A stretch of 59,155 nt of DNA, filler included, from Basidioascus undulatus (GCA_000826855.1; 3 parts of 3 records of this genome joined end to end with filler, not necessarily neighbours in it); one strand, 5' to 3'. Counted from the whole stretch's first letter, positions 24,667-37,843 are shown. Notes: generated from the sequence alone by a model not told the origin. Numbers and translations are program-made.

Positions 24667-27205
24667 ATGCCGAACGACTCAGCAGCGTCGCCTTTCCCAA
24701 GTGCCCATGATGAGCGGTCCGGCTACAGCATCTTCACGCGGCTGCAGCAGTTCCATCGGCGCTGCCAGGAGCAGTTCCATCGTATTCCGGGCGTGTCGCG
24801 GCGTGTGCACGGGTGGAGCTGGCAGAGCTTTCCTATCTCCATGGGGTTCGTCCGTGAGCAATGCTAGCCCTGGGGAAAATGGCAGGGAAGAAATTTGGGG
24901 GATGCTGACTGGCTGCGAGACTGCGCAGAACGAGCGCGGTGTATGTCGTTTTGAGCGGCCTGAGATGGCACCCACATTGGTTGACTGTGATCGGTCGGTG
25001 CTCCTTCTCGTTCTTGGTGCAAGAGGTCTTGTGTTCTAACAGCTTCAGTGGAGAGGGTAGAGATCGCCTTCTACGCTCTCAACTGTCTTCTGTTCATCTT
25101 GAACCTCTGTCTCTTGGTTCTTCAACTCGTTTGTGGGTCTACCCCCTTCTAACTATTCCTGCACAGCTTTATCAACACCCCCCTAGTCTACCCCCAACAA
25201 TCGAAACGCCTCATATTCGACCCGGTCAAAGGCGTTTTCGTCCCGCTAGTAGTTTTAGTGTATGCGACGCTGTTGATAGGGTGCAGTGTCTCTCGATTCT
25301 TTGTCGCTGTTTAGAACGCTCACATCCACGTTGTCTGTGTGTCAGAGCGGTCCACTACGCTGTACCAGCGGGTGTCATACTCTCCACCACGTTCTATGTG
25401 CGTGCAGCTCTTCCTCCCTCGGCAGGTCTCTCGCTCACAGTACCGCCCACAAAGGCATTATTTTGGTCCGTCAGCCCGCCACATCAGACGTCCCTGGCCC
25501 TTTCTGAAGCGCTCGTTTGCCCCAGGGTTTATGTGGCTTTCGCAATAACCGTCTGCGTCCCGATGCTCATGATCTGGTCCCGTTCCTTCCCTTCTTGGTA
25601 TCACTGCGGCCTCAGGTCTGACGGATGGACAACGCAGGTACAACGTGCCGCACTCCCTCACCACCTACACACCTGCCTGGATGTTCCTCGTTGTGTGTTA
25701 CCCGTTCCATTCCACATCTGCATCCAATATCGTCGGGCTCAGCGACTTGAATTTCTTCAGTTCCCGCTCATGCTCACTGGTGTCGTGGGATTCAACGTTC
25801 TGCGCGAGCTGGACTACAGGGACAGTCGGGCTGTCAATGTGCTCCTCGTCAGTTACTTCTTCCAAGGTGGGCGTTACCCTCTATCGGGCGAGTTTCTGAA
25901 GCCTGACAAGACTGTGTTCGACAACTCAGGGACGGGGACCATGATAACCTTTCTGTATTTAGGGATCTACGTGAGCGGAGTTCCTGTCATTGTCTGCCTT
26001 TCGTCTTTGGAGACAGTCATGAAGATGAATGCGGGATGGTAGGTCCTTCGCATCATGTCGACAGGCTTCATGGACGGACATCAAGCGAACGGTGGTCAGG
26101 TTCCCGTCTTCCTTGTTCCAACTTCAATGTTGAACTCACTGTTGCATTTCTCCCATTTGCAGCCTTGGTAGCCTGGCGAGTCATATATTCTTCCTGTTTT
26201 CCTCAAGTTTGGCTCATCGTCCTCCCGCCGCAGTGGGCCACCTGGCTTCACGGCTCTTGCGCTTCTCAACCTGGGCGGCCATTCCCGAGCTATCCTCAAC
26301 TATCACGGCCTCATCTCTCCCATCGCGGGGGAGGTTTGGTTTGCGACAAGCGTCATGATGAGTATCATGCTACTCGGGCTCTCAGTATTCTTCTTCTTCA
26401 TGGGCAGTGAGTTCAAAAACCACGGTGCTCCCGAACGTGTGGTCTAGAATGACCAATCGGTCCACAGTCTTCCCGTGGTGGTGGAAGGTGCACAGGCATC
26501 TGAAAGAGATCTTGGGCATGTGGGCATTGACATTCCCGATCGGTGCGTTTCTTGAACCGATGCATTCTGGCTCCAGTCTGTAGCCCGCTGATGCACGTTC
26601 ATCTCTTTGGGCAGTCGGCATGACGAACAGTGCGCGGTGCTTACTTACTCTCGCCCTTAACTCACCCTGACGAACGTTGCAATTTTGTTACAGCATTCCG
26701 CGCGCTTGGAGACCTTCTCAACTCGCCCTTTCTCTGGGCACTGCAAGCCATCTTCGCGTGTCTCATCTGCTTAGCTTGGCTGATCCTCTTCACGGGCACC
26801 TTGGTATGTATAACGACCTCCCAAGGCTCTTCTCCTCGCGGAAGAGATCATCGCCAATCCTCAGTCTTTACACAGATAGCCTATAAGCGCGGGCTTATCT
26901 TCCAATCCAAAGAAGAGGAGGTCTGGGCGGACTTGATGGGGCCGCACTGGAAGCCACCGCCGCCGAAGTACCTGAGCAGCGACATCCACGCAAGAGAGGA
27001 CGCTATCAGACCGGGTCCGGATGATGTGAGCAATCAGCCAGTGTATGACGGGGGAGACAGCAGACGCGAGGGGCGCCAAAGAAGCGGATCGCTCCGGAGG
27101 ATTCGCAGCGAAGCAACGAGCCAGGTGGAGGGTGGGAGTCGGGGTGAGAGTCGGGACGACGTGCACGAGGGAACGGGAAGCGAGGACGTTGGTATGTATG
27201 TCTAG
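24667..27205 (+). CDS. SLAC1/TDT-family voltage-dependent anion transporter (Mae1/Ssu1-like malate/sulfite transporter)
   Basis: RRVHGWSWQSFPISMGTSAVYV, FDPVKGVFVPLVVL, TYTPAWMFL, GPPGFTALALLNLG and WALTFP, with about 10 hydrophobic helices over many exons. Confidence 0.88.
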
Positions 27206-27725
27206 GTCGTCTCAAAAATAGGAAAGGGAGCGAAATTCAATAGAGGCGCCGAGCGTCGGGGAATGGGCGTGCACTGGCAAGTGGTCAATACCGAACGTAA
27301 CCAAGATGCCGATCCCGATGGAGTGTCGCGAATGTATTCTTCATAGAGCTTCATCATAGAGCCCCCTCCGCTTCGGGTATGTTCGTAGTGTTTCACGCTT
27401 TACGGTACGCTGGCCTTGGGTTGCCTTGGTAGTCGGCTCGTGCGCTCTTGCTCAGATATGTCGTTCGCATGCTGCATACGACTTACTGTATACATTCCTC
27501 TCTTGAGCGGTTCTTGTAATGTAATCCACGACTCACACTGCGTGCCTTCATAATCCCAGGATACCAATATGCAAGTGTATGATAATTTTATTAATGCTGC
27601 TACTGTCCCTGTGCGTCGGACTGCGAAGCCGTCCCAGCCATCACAGCCCGAGTTGCTCCCTGTGGTACAAGTTGCATAGTGTCAGCCTACGAGCTCGTCC
27701 CCACAATGTTGACCAAAAACCAATC

Positions 27726-30700
27726 TCACCGCTTAGCAGTAATCTCTGCATAACATACCAAGGCCCAATCGGGCTCGTCAGCAAGACCTGAGCTTCGTTA
27801 GGGAGGCCTAGACGCACCGTCACGCAGCATAAGCTGCCTCGACATCTGTCGGCCCTCCATGTCGTGCAGGCCGAACTCCTGGTTGGCAACGCGGTCTAGG
27901 TGCTTAATCGAGCGGTCGAGCGCAGCTTTCCACGTCGCCTTATCCGCGTCTGACAGCGCGGCGAGGTTGCGCGCCGGCGCGTTCAAGTCGATAGACTGCT
28001 CCATGCTGTGCCCGGTGTCCGCGTCCGCTTCCCAGAGCTCGAGGACACTACACCACGACAGAGACGCCAACGTCGGCAATCGTAAATCGTCAGCTAAGAA
28101 GGACCCGGGGAGCGCATGCCAAATAAAGTGCACGCACGCCAACTCGTATGCCGCAAACGCAACTGCCCAAGTGTCATCGTACACCGCTTTCTTCGCCCCG
28201 ACGGCGGCTTCGAGATATTTGCGGCCGGTCTTGAAGTCGCCAGCGGCGCGATGAAGGACGCCGAGGAGGAGATCCCTGGTCGCCAGCTCATCTGGCGTGT
28301 CCAGGTCGTCCAACGCGTCCGATGAGGCTTTAGACTCAGGAGCCGGAATAAATGGCGAGGGGATTGACGGGTGAGGGGTGAGGGAAGAGAGGGAGGCGAT
28401 ATGAGCGCGTGCAGACGAGCCCGATACACGCGAATAACTATTCCAGAAGCACGAGCATTCTTCGGCGGGCGAGATCTGGCGGTAAGAATCCTGTCAGCAA
28501 TGACGGAGCGCTACATGGACAAGACCGCTGAACGGCGGACCTTGATGACCTCTTCCCATCCCTTCTCCTCGTCTCCGGTGAGACAAGCCGCCTTCCGCTC
28601 CGCCGCCCTCCGCGCCTGCTTCTTCATCCAAAATGCCACTGTAACGGAGATTCTACGAATCAATCTTTCTTCCTGCGCCCGCCCCTTCAATGCACTCGCA
28701 CCCTTTCTGCTGGCGTACTGCTCCATCGGCAGCCTGCGCCCGCCGATCTGCTTCTGGTCGAGAAGGACGGGAACCCGGTCCAGCAGCGTGCGGATCTCCT
28801 GGCGTGTCTCGGGCGTCTTCTCCTCCTCAGGCAACGCGACCAAGCAGCCTTGATGGTCATCGTGGTCAGTGTGTCTTCTACGCATTCGCCCGGAGAACAC
28901 ACCTGCGGCGATGAGAGTGTACGTCGCATGCGACCAGCTGTTGAGCTCCTATTGTGTGTTTTCGGGTTGTGGGTATCAGAGCACGCTTGCCACTGACAGC
29001 CATAGAAGCTTTTACCATGATCTTGACAAATGCGTCCGCTGCTTCCCGATACCTGGACCGTGCTCGAGTTCGTCAGTCACAAGCTGTTAACTGAGTAAGA
29101 GTGGAAGGGAGTAATGCGAACCTAGTCTCAGCTAGCAGGGTCCACGCCAGCTCGAAAACGAGCAGGGTGTCGGCCTGCGGAAACCGCACTGTCCGCTCGG
29201 GACCGAGCGCGACCTGAATGATTAATGGCGACGGTCAGCGTTCCAAAGCAGAGCAGCTAGACCGATAAGCGACGGCGGACTTGGAGGATATCGATGGCCT
29301 TGTCCGCCTCAAGGTTCATTCGGCACAGCTTGGCGCGGTTGAGGATCCAAAGCGAGCCGTTGGGGTACCTGAGGGTGACTTTGGTGTCATCAAGCGAGAG
29401 CCAGCGAGCGAGAGAACAAGCACTGCACCTCTTCTCAACGCTGGAATGAGGATCCAACTTCAGTGCCACGTCCGAAATGTGTGCTTCTGCAAGACACCTG
29501 GACTGACCGCTTCAAGATCGTATCATACGTCCGCAGATCATGCTCTGGGTCAGCGTTCCACCCTGACAGAAGGAGGACCGCGCCGATGTAAGTGCACTGC
29601 CCGTATGAAGTCAGCGCAAGCACTGGGACAAGATGTAAGGCTGACGAACGAGCGTCAGCGCCGCGAATGCGGCGTGCACATCGCTATAAGACGCTGAGAC
29701 AGTGAGCGCTCGCAGCGCGGCTTTCCGATCCGAGGTGAAGCCAAAGATGCCAATCAAGCGCTTGCTGAATTGGCGAAGGCAGATTGTGAGTGGGAAGTCA
29801 CCATGGATGGTCGGAAGGCGTACGGACATCTTGGGCGCTGATATAGCGAGTCAAGCTCTTCGTTAAGAATCGATTCTGTCATGTGCAGGGGGTACAAATA
29901 ACGCACGCAGAAGGGAAAGAATTAGGCCGAATAGGCCGTAGCCGAAGCAAGCGCCTGCCGTTAGCATCCAACGCATCAGTACAGGACACTCATGTAGGTG
30001 AGTAGATCTCTCCTGAACAAAGCTGCGCACCAGACATGATCAACTCCTCGACAGGTCCGTTTGGCGGTGGCAGAGGCGTGACGTTCGCAGGTTCCGGCGA
30101 CCCACTGCCGAGGACCGAGAGGTAACCGAACCGCTTTGTAAGGCCGCCAAAGCGCGAGCCGGACTGCTTCTGCGACGGTGTTGCAGAAGACGTCGATGCG
30201 AGGGAAGACGTGGAGGGTTTGCGAGAGATGGTGGGTGAGGGAATAGGCGACTCGGGGAGGGAGGCGACGCCGCAGGGGAAGACGGCGTTGAAGGTATTGT
30301 TGAAGAGCTACAGAGAGCGTAAGTTGAAACATTAATGAGGAATAGAGCAGGCTGAGGACGGAGGAAGACGAAGGACAGACCTTGTGCGCACGGTTGAGCT
30401 TGAGCACCGCCTTGGCCATCTCGAACGCCGACTCAGTGAGAAGCTGCGTGAGGGCTTGACAGACCACAGCATCTGCCACGAGCACGTCATATGGTGCAGT
30501 AGGGCTGAAGCGGCCTGTGCCTGAGAACGGGGAGGAGTGGTTCGTTAAAGCGTACATCCAGCGGGACAGTATCCAAGAGGAGGCAGGCGCACCTTTCTCC
30601 CTGGCCGCAGACTTCTTCTCGTTCTCTGCAAGCTGCTCTGCTTCGTAGCTTCAATTATGAACACAGCTTTTAATTAGTGTCCGATGGAAGCTGCAGAGAA

Positions 30701-31136
30701 GAGCTCTGAAAAAGGTACAGATCGGTAGTGGCCCGCGCGAGGATGTCCTGCTCCATTCCCAGCGCGGCTTGGAGGAAGACGGTCAAGCCCCGGCCGATGC
30801 GATGGAAAGCCGTCTGTTGGCTCGAGCTAAGTGTGCATGCATGTGCGTATGTATGCGTGTGCGTTTGAGCGTGTGTGTCATATGGGTAATTGGCACGAGA
30901 GATGAGGCGAGAGGCTGAGCGGTTAGCATGTCACACGCCTCTGTACAAAGCAGTCGAGAGGAACGAGTGCGTACAATTTCGCCTCAGCGGCGGCGGTATC
31001 ATCCCCGAAAAGGAGCGCAAACCCCTCGGTTGCTGCAAGCGAACATTGGGGAGAACGGAATGAGATCGTTACATCTCTAATCGGTGTGGGCGAGCGCACC
31101 GTTCAAGATATGGTCCCCAATCACGCCCTCTGACAT
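27726..31136 (-). CDS. IML2: IML2 / TTC39-family TPR protein (DUF3808), multi-exon
   Basis: ATEGFALLFGDD, FLQAALGME, DAVVCQALTQLLTES..KLNRAHK, GACFGYGLFGLILS, FGFTSDRKAALRAL, RYPNGSLWILNRAKLCRM, FRQADTLLVFELAW, FAAYELA. Ends MLRDEITAKR*. Confidence 0.85.
30830..30885. repeat. Alternating purine-pyrimidine tract in an IML2 intron
   Basis: gtgtgcatgcatgtgcgtatgtatgcgtgtgcg...gcgtgtgtgt. Confidence 0.6.
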
Positions 31137-31353
31137 TGGAATGGATGTCTATGGAATCGGGGTGCTTGGTATGGCGCTTATGTGAGTTGAAGGAGGTTAT
31201 CAATGGAAAGCAAGACGCGAAAGGAAGGGTTGATCGATGGATGTGCTCAAGGGTGAGGGTGGACAGCGAGGTCAGCGTGCGGCCGAGCCGGCGCACAACC
31301 CCGCGATCCCCGCAACATAAAGTTACTTACGTCATCTCGGCAGGTTCACCTTG

Positions 31354-31390
31354 ACAGCGACAACAGCGACAACAGCACAACAGCGAGCAG
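31354..31390 (+). repeat. Short 9-bp tandem repeat (ACAGCGACA) upstream of IML2
   Basis: gacagcgacaacagcgacaacagcacaacagcgagcag. Confidence 0.6.
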
Positions 31391-31669
31391 GCACAACATG
31401 CATGCCTGCGTCCGTTTTTAGCGACTGATTTGACTTGATAAGAAGAGAAAGTCTTAAAGACATTTTAAGCACACATCTCAGGCTGTTATAACACTTGAAG
31501 GTGGCGCTCCAGTGTGACCCTCAGAATCCTGATTACTGTCTGTGGGTTTCCAAGGGCCTGTTCTCCTCAAGGTCGCGAAATTGAACTTCTTTGGTCAAAG
31601 GATGAGTGAAGGTAAAGACTGATACCCTGCCACGATGTACGGTTGCGAGACTGTCGATAGTGCATACAC

Positions 31670-32925
31670 CTGCTCGGCTTGGAGGCGGTTGAACTAAGCA
31701 AAGGTCGTGTGGAGCTTTACTTGGTCAACCATCGGCCAGACGAGACGACAGGCGACAGCAGTGACAGTATCGAACTGTTTCAGGTGGACTTCTTGAAGGG
31801 GACAGCCGAGTGTGTTAGGACCTACGAGGACAGAGCGGGAGGGATCTTGTTCGGCTCGAACGCGGTGGTGTCGGATCTCGAAGGAGGAGTATATGTGACG
31901 AGCGATTGAGGAGGACTCTGCTCGTGAGTTTTCAGCTGCTTGCGAGCTCACCGTGCACAATACTGGAGTGATACAGAACCAATTAAAAGTCTTCATCGGA
32001 ACGGCCACGTCTAACGTCATCTACTGTTGGCCCGACTCCCAATGTAAGGTCGCCATAGCAGGACTGCCAAAGCTCGACGGCCTTGCCCGCGTCAGTCTGC
32101 TTTCTTTCGTGGTTCTAACCTGGCCGATACTGACTTACACAATTTTGAAAAATATCTGACACTCTTTACTGGGTTTGGGCAAAATTCAGGTCGGAAAAGC
32201 CGCGCTACCGAAGCTGACCTCTCTGGGCTTGAGCGGACGAGTAACATTGCGACAGCCGAGCTGCGGCTGCTTGAGCGCCAATCCGACAGCACGCTCAAAG
32301 TGCTCGAAGTAGTCTCAGTTCCAGCTGTGGTAGACAACCCTTTGGTATAGCGTATAGCGCAGAGGAAAATGCTGTGCGCTGCTGATCTATGATTGATCGT
32401 CGTGGGCTCCTGCTAACGTTACCAGGGGGATATGCAGCTCTATGCGGCAGGTTTGTGGGACAGACTTACCCTTGCTCGAGAGGTAAGCTTGTCAAGGCTC
32501 GGTCCAACCCAGCCTTTCGGGATCCTATCAAGGTCTACAAGACCTACGACGACCCCTACACGTTCACCGCGCCGAGCGCCATCCTCCGGATTGTTCCCAA
32601 CCAGGCAAGTTGCATGCGGTAAATGATATCCTTCTCCTAGGAACCCCATTGACTGTTTGGTGGCCTTCACAGAGGCACGGCTGGGCTCCTGAGGAGTCAA
32701 AGTACTCTGTCAGTCCGTATTCTAGGACGACGGTACGGTTGTGTCTCAAACGACTGGTGGGGTCAAAGTCGGCAGTAAGCTGTTCATGAGCGGTAGGCTG
32801 TTGGCAATATAAATAATTCGTAATTAACGGTTGTCTGACGATGATTTCCTGATATCCGGCCTCCAGGCTTCATGACGACGCACGTTTCTGTTTGCGAGCT
32901 CACCGAAGCAGCTGCACTCTTGTAA
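31670..32925 (+). pseudogene. Serum paraoxonase/arylesterase-like beta-propeller pseudogene
   Basis: PON-type motifs GLEAV..LYLVNHRP...SIELF, GGVYVTSD, TSNVIYC, VAIAGLPKLDGLAR, VVDN, APSAILRI and DDGTVVS..GSKLFMSG...VSVCE. No recognisable start or N-terminus. A frameshift plus TAG at 32723-32725 falls in the expected VF(E/Q)DDG. Confidence 0.7.
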
Positions 32926-33379
32926 AGCACGGGTCTTCCCTCGCAGACGCTTGATACTCAACTTCTGTAATGAACCTACTTCAGGGCACGAAATCTGGTT
33001 CCTGACTCCGACTCTATTGCGTGAAGGCTCGCAGTTCTTGTGATGAGGGCAAACTTGTAAAGACAGAGAAATTCATTGAGTAGGCGGGTCCACTGGCACC
33101 CTGCTTCAGTATACACGAAGGCTACTGCTCAAACACGAATAATGGGACGCGGCCTCTGACCAGCACCAAGTAACGTCAGCAAAACAGCTGTGAATGCAAC
33201 GTCGACCAACACTCGCAAAACACGGAAACATCTGTTATTTAAGTCACTCACGTGACTTTGACTTTGACAACTTCGGCGGGTTCTCGCCGCTCACGCTTGA
33301 GTCTTGACATAACCCCCTTCATTGCCCTTGCCCTTCACCCTCATCCATCCACAAGTACACCTCGCATAAGTTCATAAAC

Positions 33380-35258
33380 ATGCCTTTCGTGGCTCAGCGC
33401 AAGAAGAGTCCTTTGCCACCGCCCAGTGCGCTAGACCTAGCCGAGCGGCCTGCGATCGCTGACTGATCGTTGCCTTCACGCAGCGCGGCCGTATGTCGCT
33501 CTCGGCCTAGAAGGCTCAGCAAACAAGCTGGGTGCCGGCATCGTCCGCCACAACCCAGACGGCACAGTCGACGTCCTCTCCAACGTGCGCCAGTAGCCCT
33601 TCCCCCTCCCCTCTGATCGTGCTGAACAAGCGGTCCCGTGCCCCGCAGCCCCGGCACACCTACATCACCCCTCCAGGCGAGGGGTTCCTGCCGAGCGACA
33701 CTGCACGGCATCACAAGGAGTGGGCTGTGAGGATTGTGAAGAAGGCGATGGAGGACTCGGGGCTGGGGCTGGAGGATCTGGACTGTGTGTGCTTCACTAA
33801 GGGTGCGTGGGAGTCGAATGAGCATGCTTTCGTGAGGCGCTGAAACCCGTTTGGAGAGCGTAGGACCGGGAATGGGTGCGCCGCTCCAGTCGGTCTCTGT
33901 CGTGGCACGCACGGTCGCGTTGCTGTACAACAAGCCGTTGGTGGGCGTCAACCACTGCGTTGGGCGTACGTCGCGAGCCATGATCCGAGTGGATTGGAGT
34001 GGTGAAGTATTCTGACTCGGCCATGGCACGACAGATATCGAGATGGGCCGCCTTATTACTGTTCGCTGCTTCATCCTGAATACCATTCTACTTCTGCTGA
34101 TATCATTTTGACAGGGCGCGACCAACCCGATCGTCCTCTACGTTAGCGGAGGCAACACCCAGGTGATCGCCTACTCGCAGCAGCGCTACCGCATCTTCGG
34201 TGAGACGCTCGACATCGCTGTTCGTTCTTCCCTTTCTAATTCCCATCGTGTCCTCTCTGTCCCTTGCCGTCTAACCCTCTCCGACGTCCCCGCGGCGCAG
34301 GTCGGAAACTGTCTGGACCGCTTCGCACGAGTCATAGGTCTTCCGAACGACCCGAGCCCAGGGTACAACATTGAGCAAGCCGCGAAGAAGTATGTCTTCT
34401 CCCGTCAGACCCTCAACTCCTCACATTGCCTTGGCCCTACTCGCGCTGATCACGCAACGACCTCCGATTCTCCGCGCACAGAGGCCGCAAGCTCCTCCCC
34501 CTGCCATACACGACCAAGGGCATGGACGTCTCCCTCACCGGTCTTCTCACCGCCACCTCGGCCTACACTGACCTCCCGCGCTTCCGGCGGGCCGGCGCGC
34601 CCATGCCGGATGGAGTCGACCCGGAGGAGATCATCACGCCTGAAGACCTCTGCTTCTCTCTACAGGAGACCGTGTTCGCCATGTAGGTCCGCGTTGGGCA
34701 CCCAATTGAGAAGGTGCGAGATATGGCTGACTCGCGCTTGCTCGCGTTTGCAGGCTGGTGGAGATTACCGAGCGGGCGATGGCGCATGTGGGAAGCAGGG
34801 AGGTGCTCATCGTTGGCGGTGTAGGCTGTGCGTTGGTCTCATTTGCCTTCTTCGGCTCTTAAAATCGCAACTGACACCTTGCCCCGTAGGTAACGTCCGG
34901 CTACAGAAGATGATGGGGATCATGACCGAAGAACGCGGGGGCAAGATCTTCGCGACGGACATGAGGTGCGGCCGAACCTCCGTCGTACTCTCAGATCCGC
35001 CCACGAAGCGAGCGACTGATTTTTGAGTGCACGCTCGGCAGGTTCTGCATCGACAACGGCATCATGATTGCTCAGGCCGGGCTGCTCGCTCACCGAATGG
35101 GGCAGGAGACGCCGCTTAAGAAGACCGTCACTACGCAAAGGTGCGCTTGGCTGTCTACACAATCGCTGTTAGAGGCGTCGAGTGCGCAATGTCTGCTTGT
35201 GCTCATTATCCTCCGCAGATTCCGGACAGACGAGGTGCACATCAGTTGGCGGGCGTAG
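33380..35258 (+). CDS. KAE1: tRNA N6-adenosine threonylcarbamoyltransferase Kae1/OSGEP (KEOPS complex)
   Basis: [112 protein letters not shown]. Confidence 0.97.
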
Positions 35259-35629
35259 TTGATGATTTGACATAGTTTCATGCTGCGACGAGTGTGCTAG
35301 TCTGCATCGGTAATGTCTCTGCGTGCTGACTGATCTGGTTTATGGTATCTCGATCAATTTTCTTCCTCGCTGGAGTTTGGCTGCGTCTGTCCGCCTAACT
35401 TGCTATGACTCTTGTCGGTCCACTTGTTTTGCCATGATGCGAGAATATGGAAGCTTACATACGAACGCTCATTCACCTCCAGCGTTGCCCATCGCTGTCG
35501 TCGGCCGGTATCGCGGCATCGGGTGCCATTTAACTTTTCAAGTCCGAATACGAAGGTTTGCCCTCGGCATCCGCGTGGAGCGCGTGGAGAGCTTACTTAG
35601 CCACCATATGCCACGAGCGTCCAGGCGCA

Positions 35630-35651
35630 GTTAAGGGACCGGTACCTTAAC
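35630..35651. promoter_or_regulatory. Near-perfect 22-bp palindrome upstream of the Gly-rich gene
   Basis: GTTAAGG-G-ACCGGT-A-CCTTAAC (one mismatched pair), flanked by GCGC, about 280 bp before the ATG. The regulatory role is inferred. Confidence 0.35.
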
Positions 35652-35926
35652 GCGCACCACGCAACGGGACCGGGACGGCGAGGGACGTTTCGGATTGCAG
35701 GCGCGGGAGAGGAGAGCGCCACCGCAACCCATCGCGGGCTGGTTTTACTTTCGCTCCGGTTCCTACCCGTGCTCCTTTCTTTCACACATACTGGTATACT
35801 TCTCGCTGTTGAAATGGTGCCGCTGCAGAGGCAAACAGTCTTGGATATTTAAGGGACTGATTCGGAGGACTGACTGTTCGTTTTCGCCTTCAGCTTCGTC
35901 TCACCAGGACACTTTCATCGACAGCA

Positions 35927-36787
35927 ATGCACAGCTTCGTCTTCTCCAAGCTCGGTCTCGTTCTTGCTCTCTGTGGCCTCGCTTTCGGCGCCCCGGCGCC
36001 CCAGGGAGGTTCGCTAGCGATTTCGTCGCATCATGGCCATCGCGTCGTGCTGATCGTGTTGGAATTGGAAAGGTATCGGTATCGGCGGCGGAGCGGCGGG
36101 GGGGACAGGTACGTTATATAAGATGTCCAATACCCTTTTTTCTTCTAACATTCAGCATTATGCTCTTCAATTTTTAGGTGTCGGAGGAACGGGGGTAGGC
36201 CCCGGCTCTGTGGGAGGGGCGGGCGTAGGCGGTGAGTGATGGTGAAATCAAGACGATTTGAGGTGAACGTTAATTTCAGGATCATTTTAGGTGCTGCCCA
36301 GGGCGGTGCGGGAATCGGGGGGGCTGGTGGAAGCATCTTCGCACCGGGACCGGGCGGCGTGACCATCGGATCTGGGGGAATCCCTATCACGCAGGGTGGG
36401 GCTGGCATAGGGGGCGGAGCAGCAGGTACGCAACAGCTTCACTTGCTTGCAAGACCAGTAAGTCCTAGAAACTGATAGATGTCTGTGTAAAGGGGGTACT
36501 GGTGTGGGAGGCACAGGGGCGGGAGGCGGAATCGGAGGTGAGTGCTGACAAGGACTGTGTGATTTCTGCAGAAGAGTTCGTTGCTGATCGTCTTGTCGAT
36601 TTGTCTATAGGTGCCGGCGTGGGAGGCGCAGCCCAGGTAAGGGGTCTTTGCAATCTATCTTGGAGATTCAGATGAGGAACAGGTGCACGACTGTCTTCGA
36701 AAACAGGGCGGAGTGGGTGTCGGCGGGCCTGGCGGCAACATTTTCCGTCCTGGCGGCAACATTTTCCGTCCTGGCTTCCCCTTCTAA
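35927..36787 (+). CDS. Secreted glycine-rich protein, 152 aa, 7 exons (35927-36008, 36073-36108, 36178-36231, 36291-36425, 36493-36537, 36611-36636, 36707-36787)
   Basis: Signal peptide MHSFVFSKLGLVLALCGLAFG-APAPQ. Six GT-AG introns all preserve frame. Mature chain is G/A/V/I/T/P repeats ending GGNIFRPGGNIFRPGFPF*. Confidence 0.85.
36728..36775 (+). repeat. Perfect 21-bp tandem duplication in the last exon (PGGNIFR x2)
   Basis: cctggcggcaacattttccgt twice, then cctggc. Confidence 0.95.
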
Positions 36788-37843
36788 GTGCGTGGTTCTT
36801 GCTTCTCGTGCCTTTGATTCGGCTCATCTGACATCCTTATGGCAATGCACAGGCTCCCAGACACAAACATGATCAGTGTGCGCTTGATGCTCTTGCCTTC
36901 AACAAGCACTGCGATGATTGTGGCTGAACGACTCCTGTCCTCTTCAACCGCCGTTACACGGGCCTCTCGCGGGGTTGTGTATTGGTATCCCCTGCATTGA
37001 CCGATAGCATCATTTCCTTCATTCGGATGAATCACTTGTGTAGTGTCCTTGGCCAAATGAGTGATGAGAGTTCTGCCATATGAAAACCATTGCAACTGTT
37101 GAGTAGCAGGCCAACCTTGATTCTCAAAGAAAGGAGCTCATGGTATTTAATGGAGAGTGGGTACTCTCTTAGCGTACAGGATCATACGGCTGCCTGGTCA
37201 CCCGGGCAAGCTCGACCATTTGACAGCTGGGTAGTTTTCCGATGTGAGCAGAGTCACTGCTGGAGATCTTATAGACCTGCAACAACCTACAGAAGGTGTT
37301 TCGCAGAATCACACACTTCTATAATTATTGGACGTTTTACATCATCTCATACACGATCGGTACTGTGGTGATAAGCCCAATCGCCGTGCTGGCTTGCTGC
37401 TGTGGAACGCATCTGCGATGGCTGATGATTTCGAAAGGCCCCTTGAACTCACCATGTAAGGACCTCGCAATGACTTATCTTCAAAAGCGTTTCTTCCTGT
37501 GGTACTCGTCCGATCGGGGTCGCACGTGCGGAGGAGAAGCACCACTGCAGCCTCCTGCCTATGCCCACAGTCACTGGCACAACTGGCTCGAAACTTCTTT
37601 CGAACCAATACACAATGAAGAACATTCTGGTGGGTCTAATTTTTTTTAAAGGACCGGCATCCTCTGTAGAGAGTTGACCGCGCATCCATACCCGCCTGAG
37701 TCAAGAACACGGCGACGGGCAACATGCTATCCACCTGTATCCCTTCTTTGCGTGCGGCCATCATTTAAGAACCTACTATGTGTGATCATCAATATGTAGC
37801 CTTTAATCAGAAACTCCCAACAGCTCTTGCTCTCGGCAACAAC

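Noticed and set aside
35927..36787. Gly-rich protein as a fungal RiPP (dikaritin/KEP) precursor
   Set aside because: No KR/RR-delimited core repeats and no DUF3328 or other tailoring gene on this contig.
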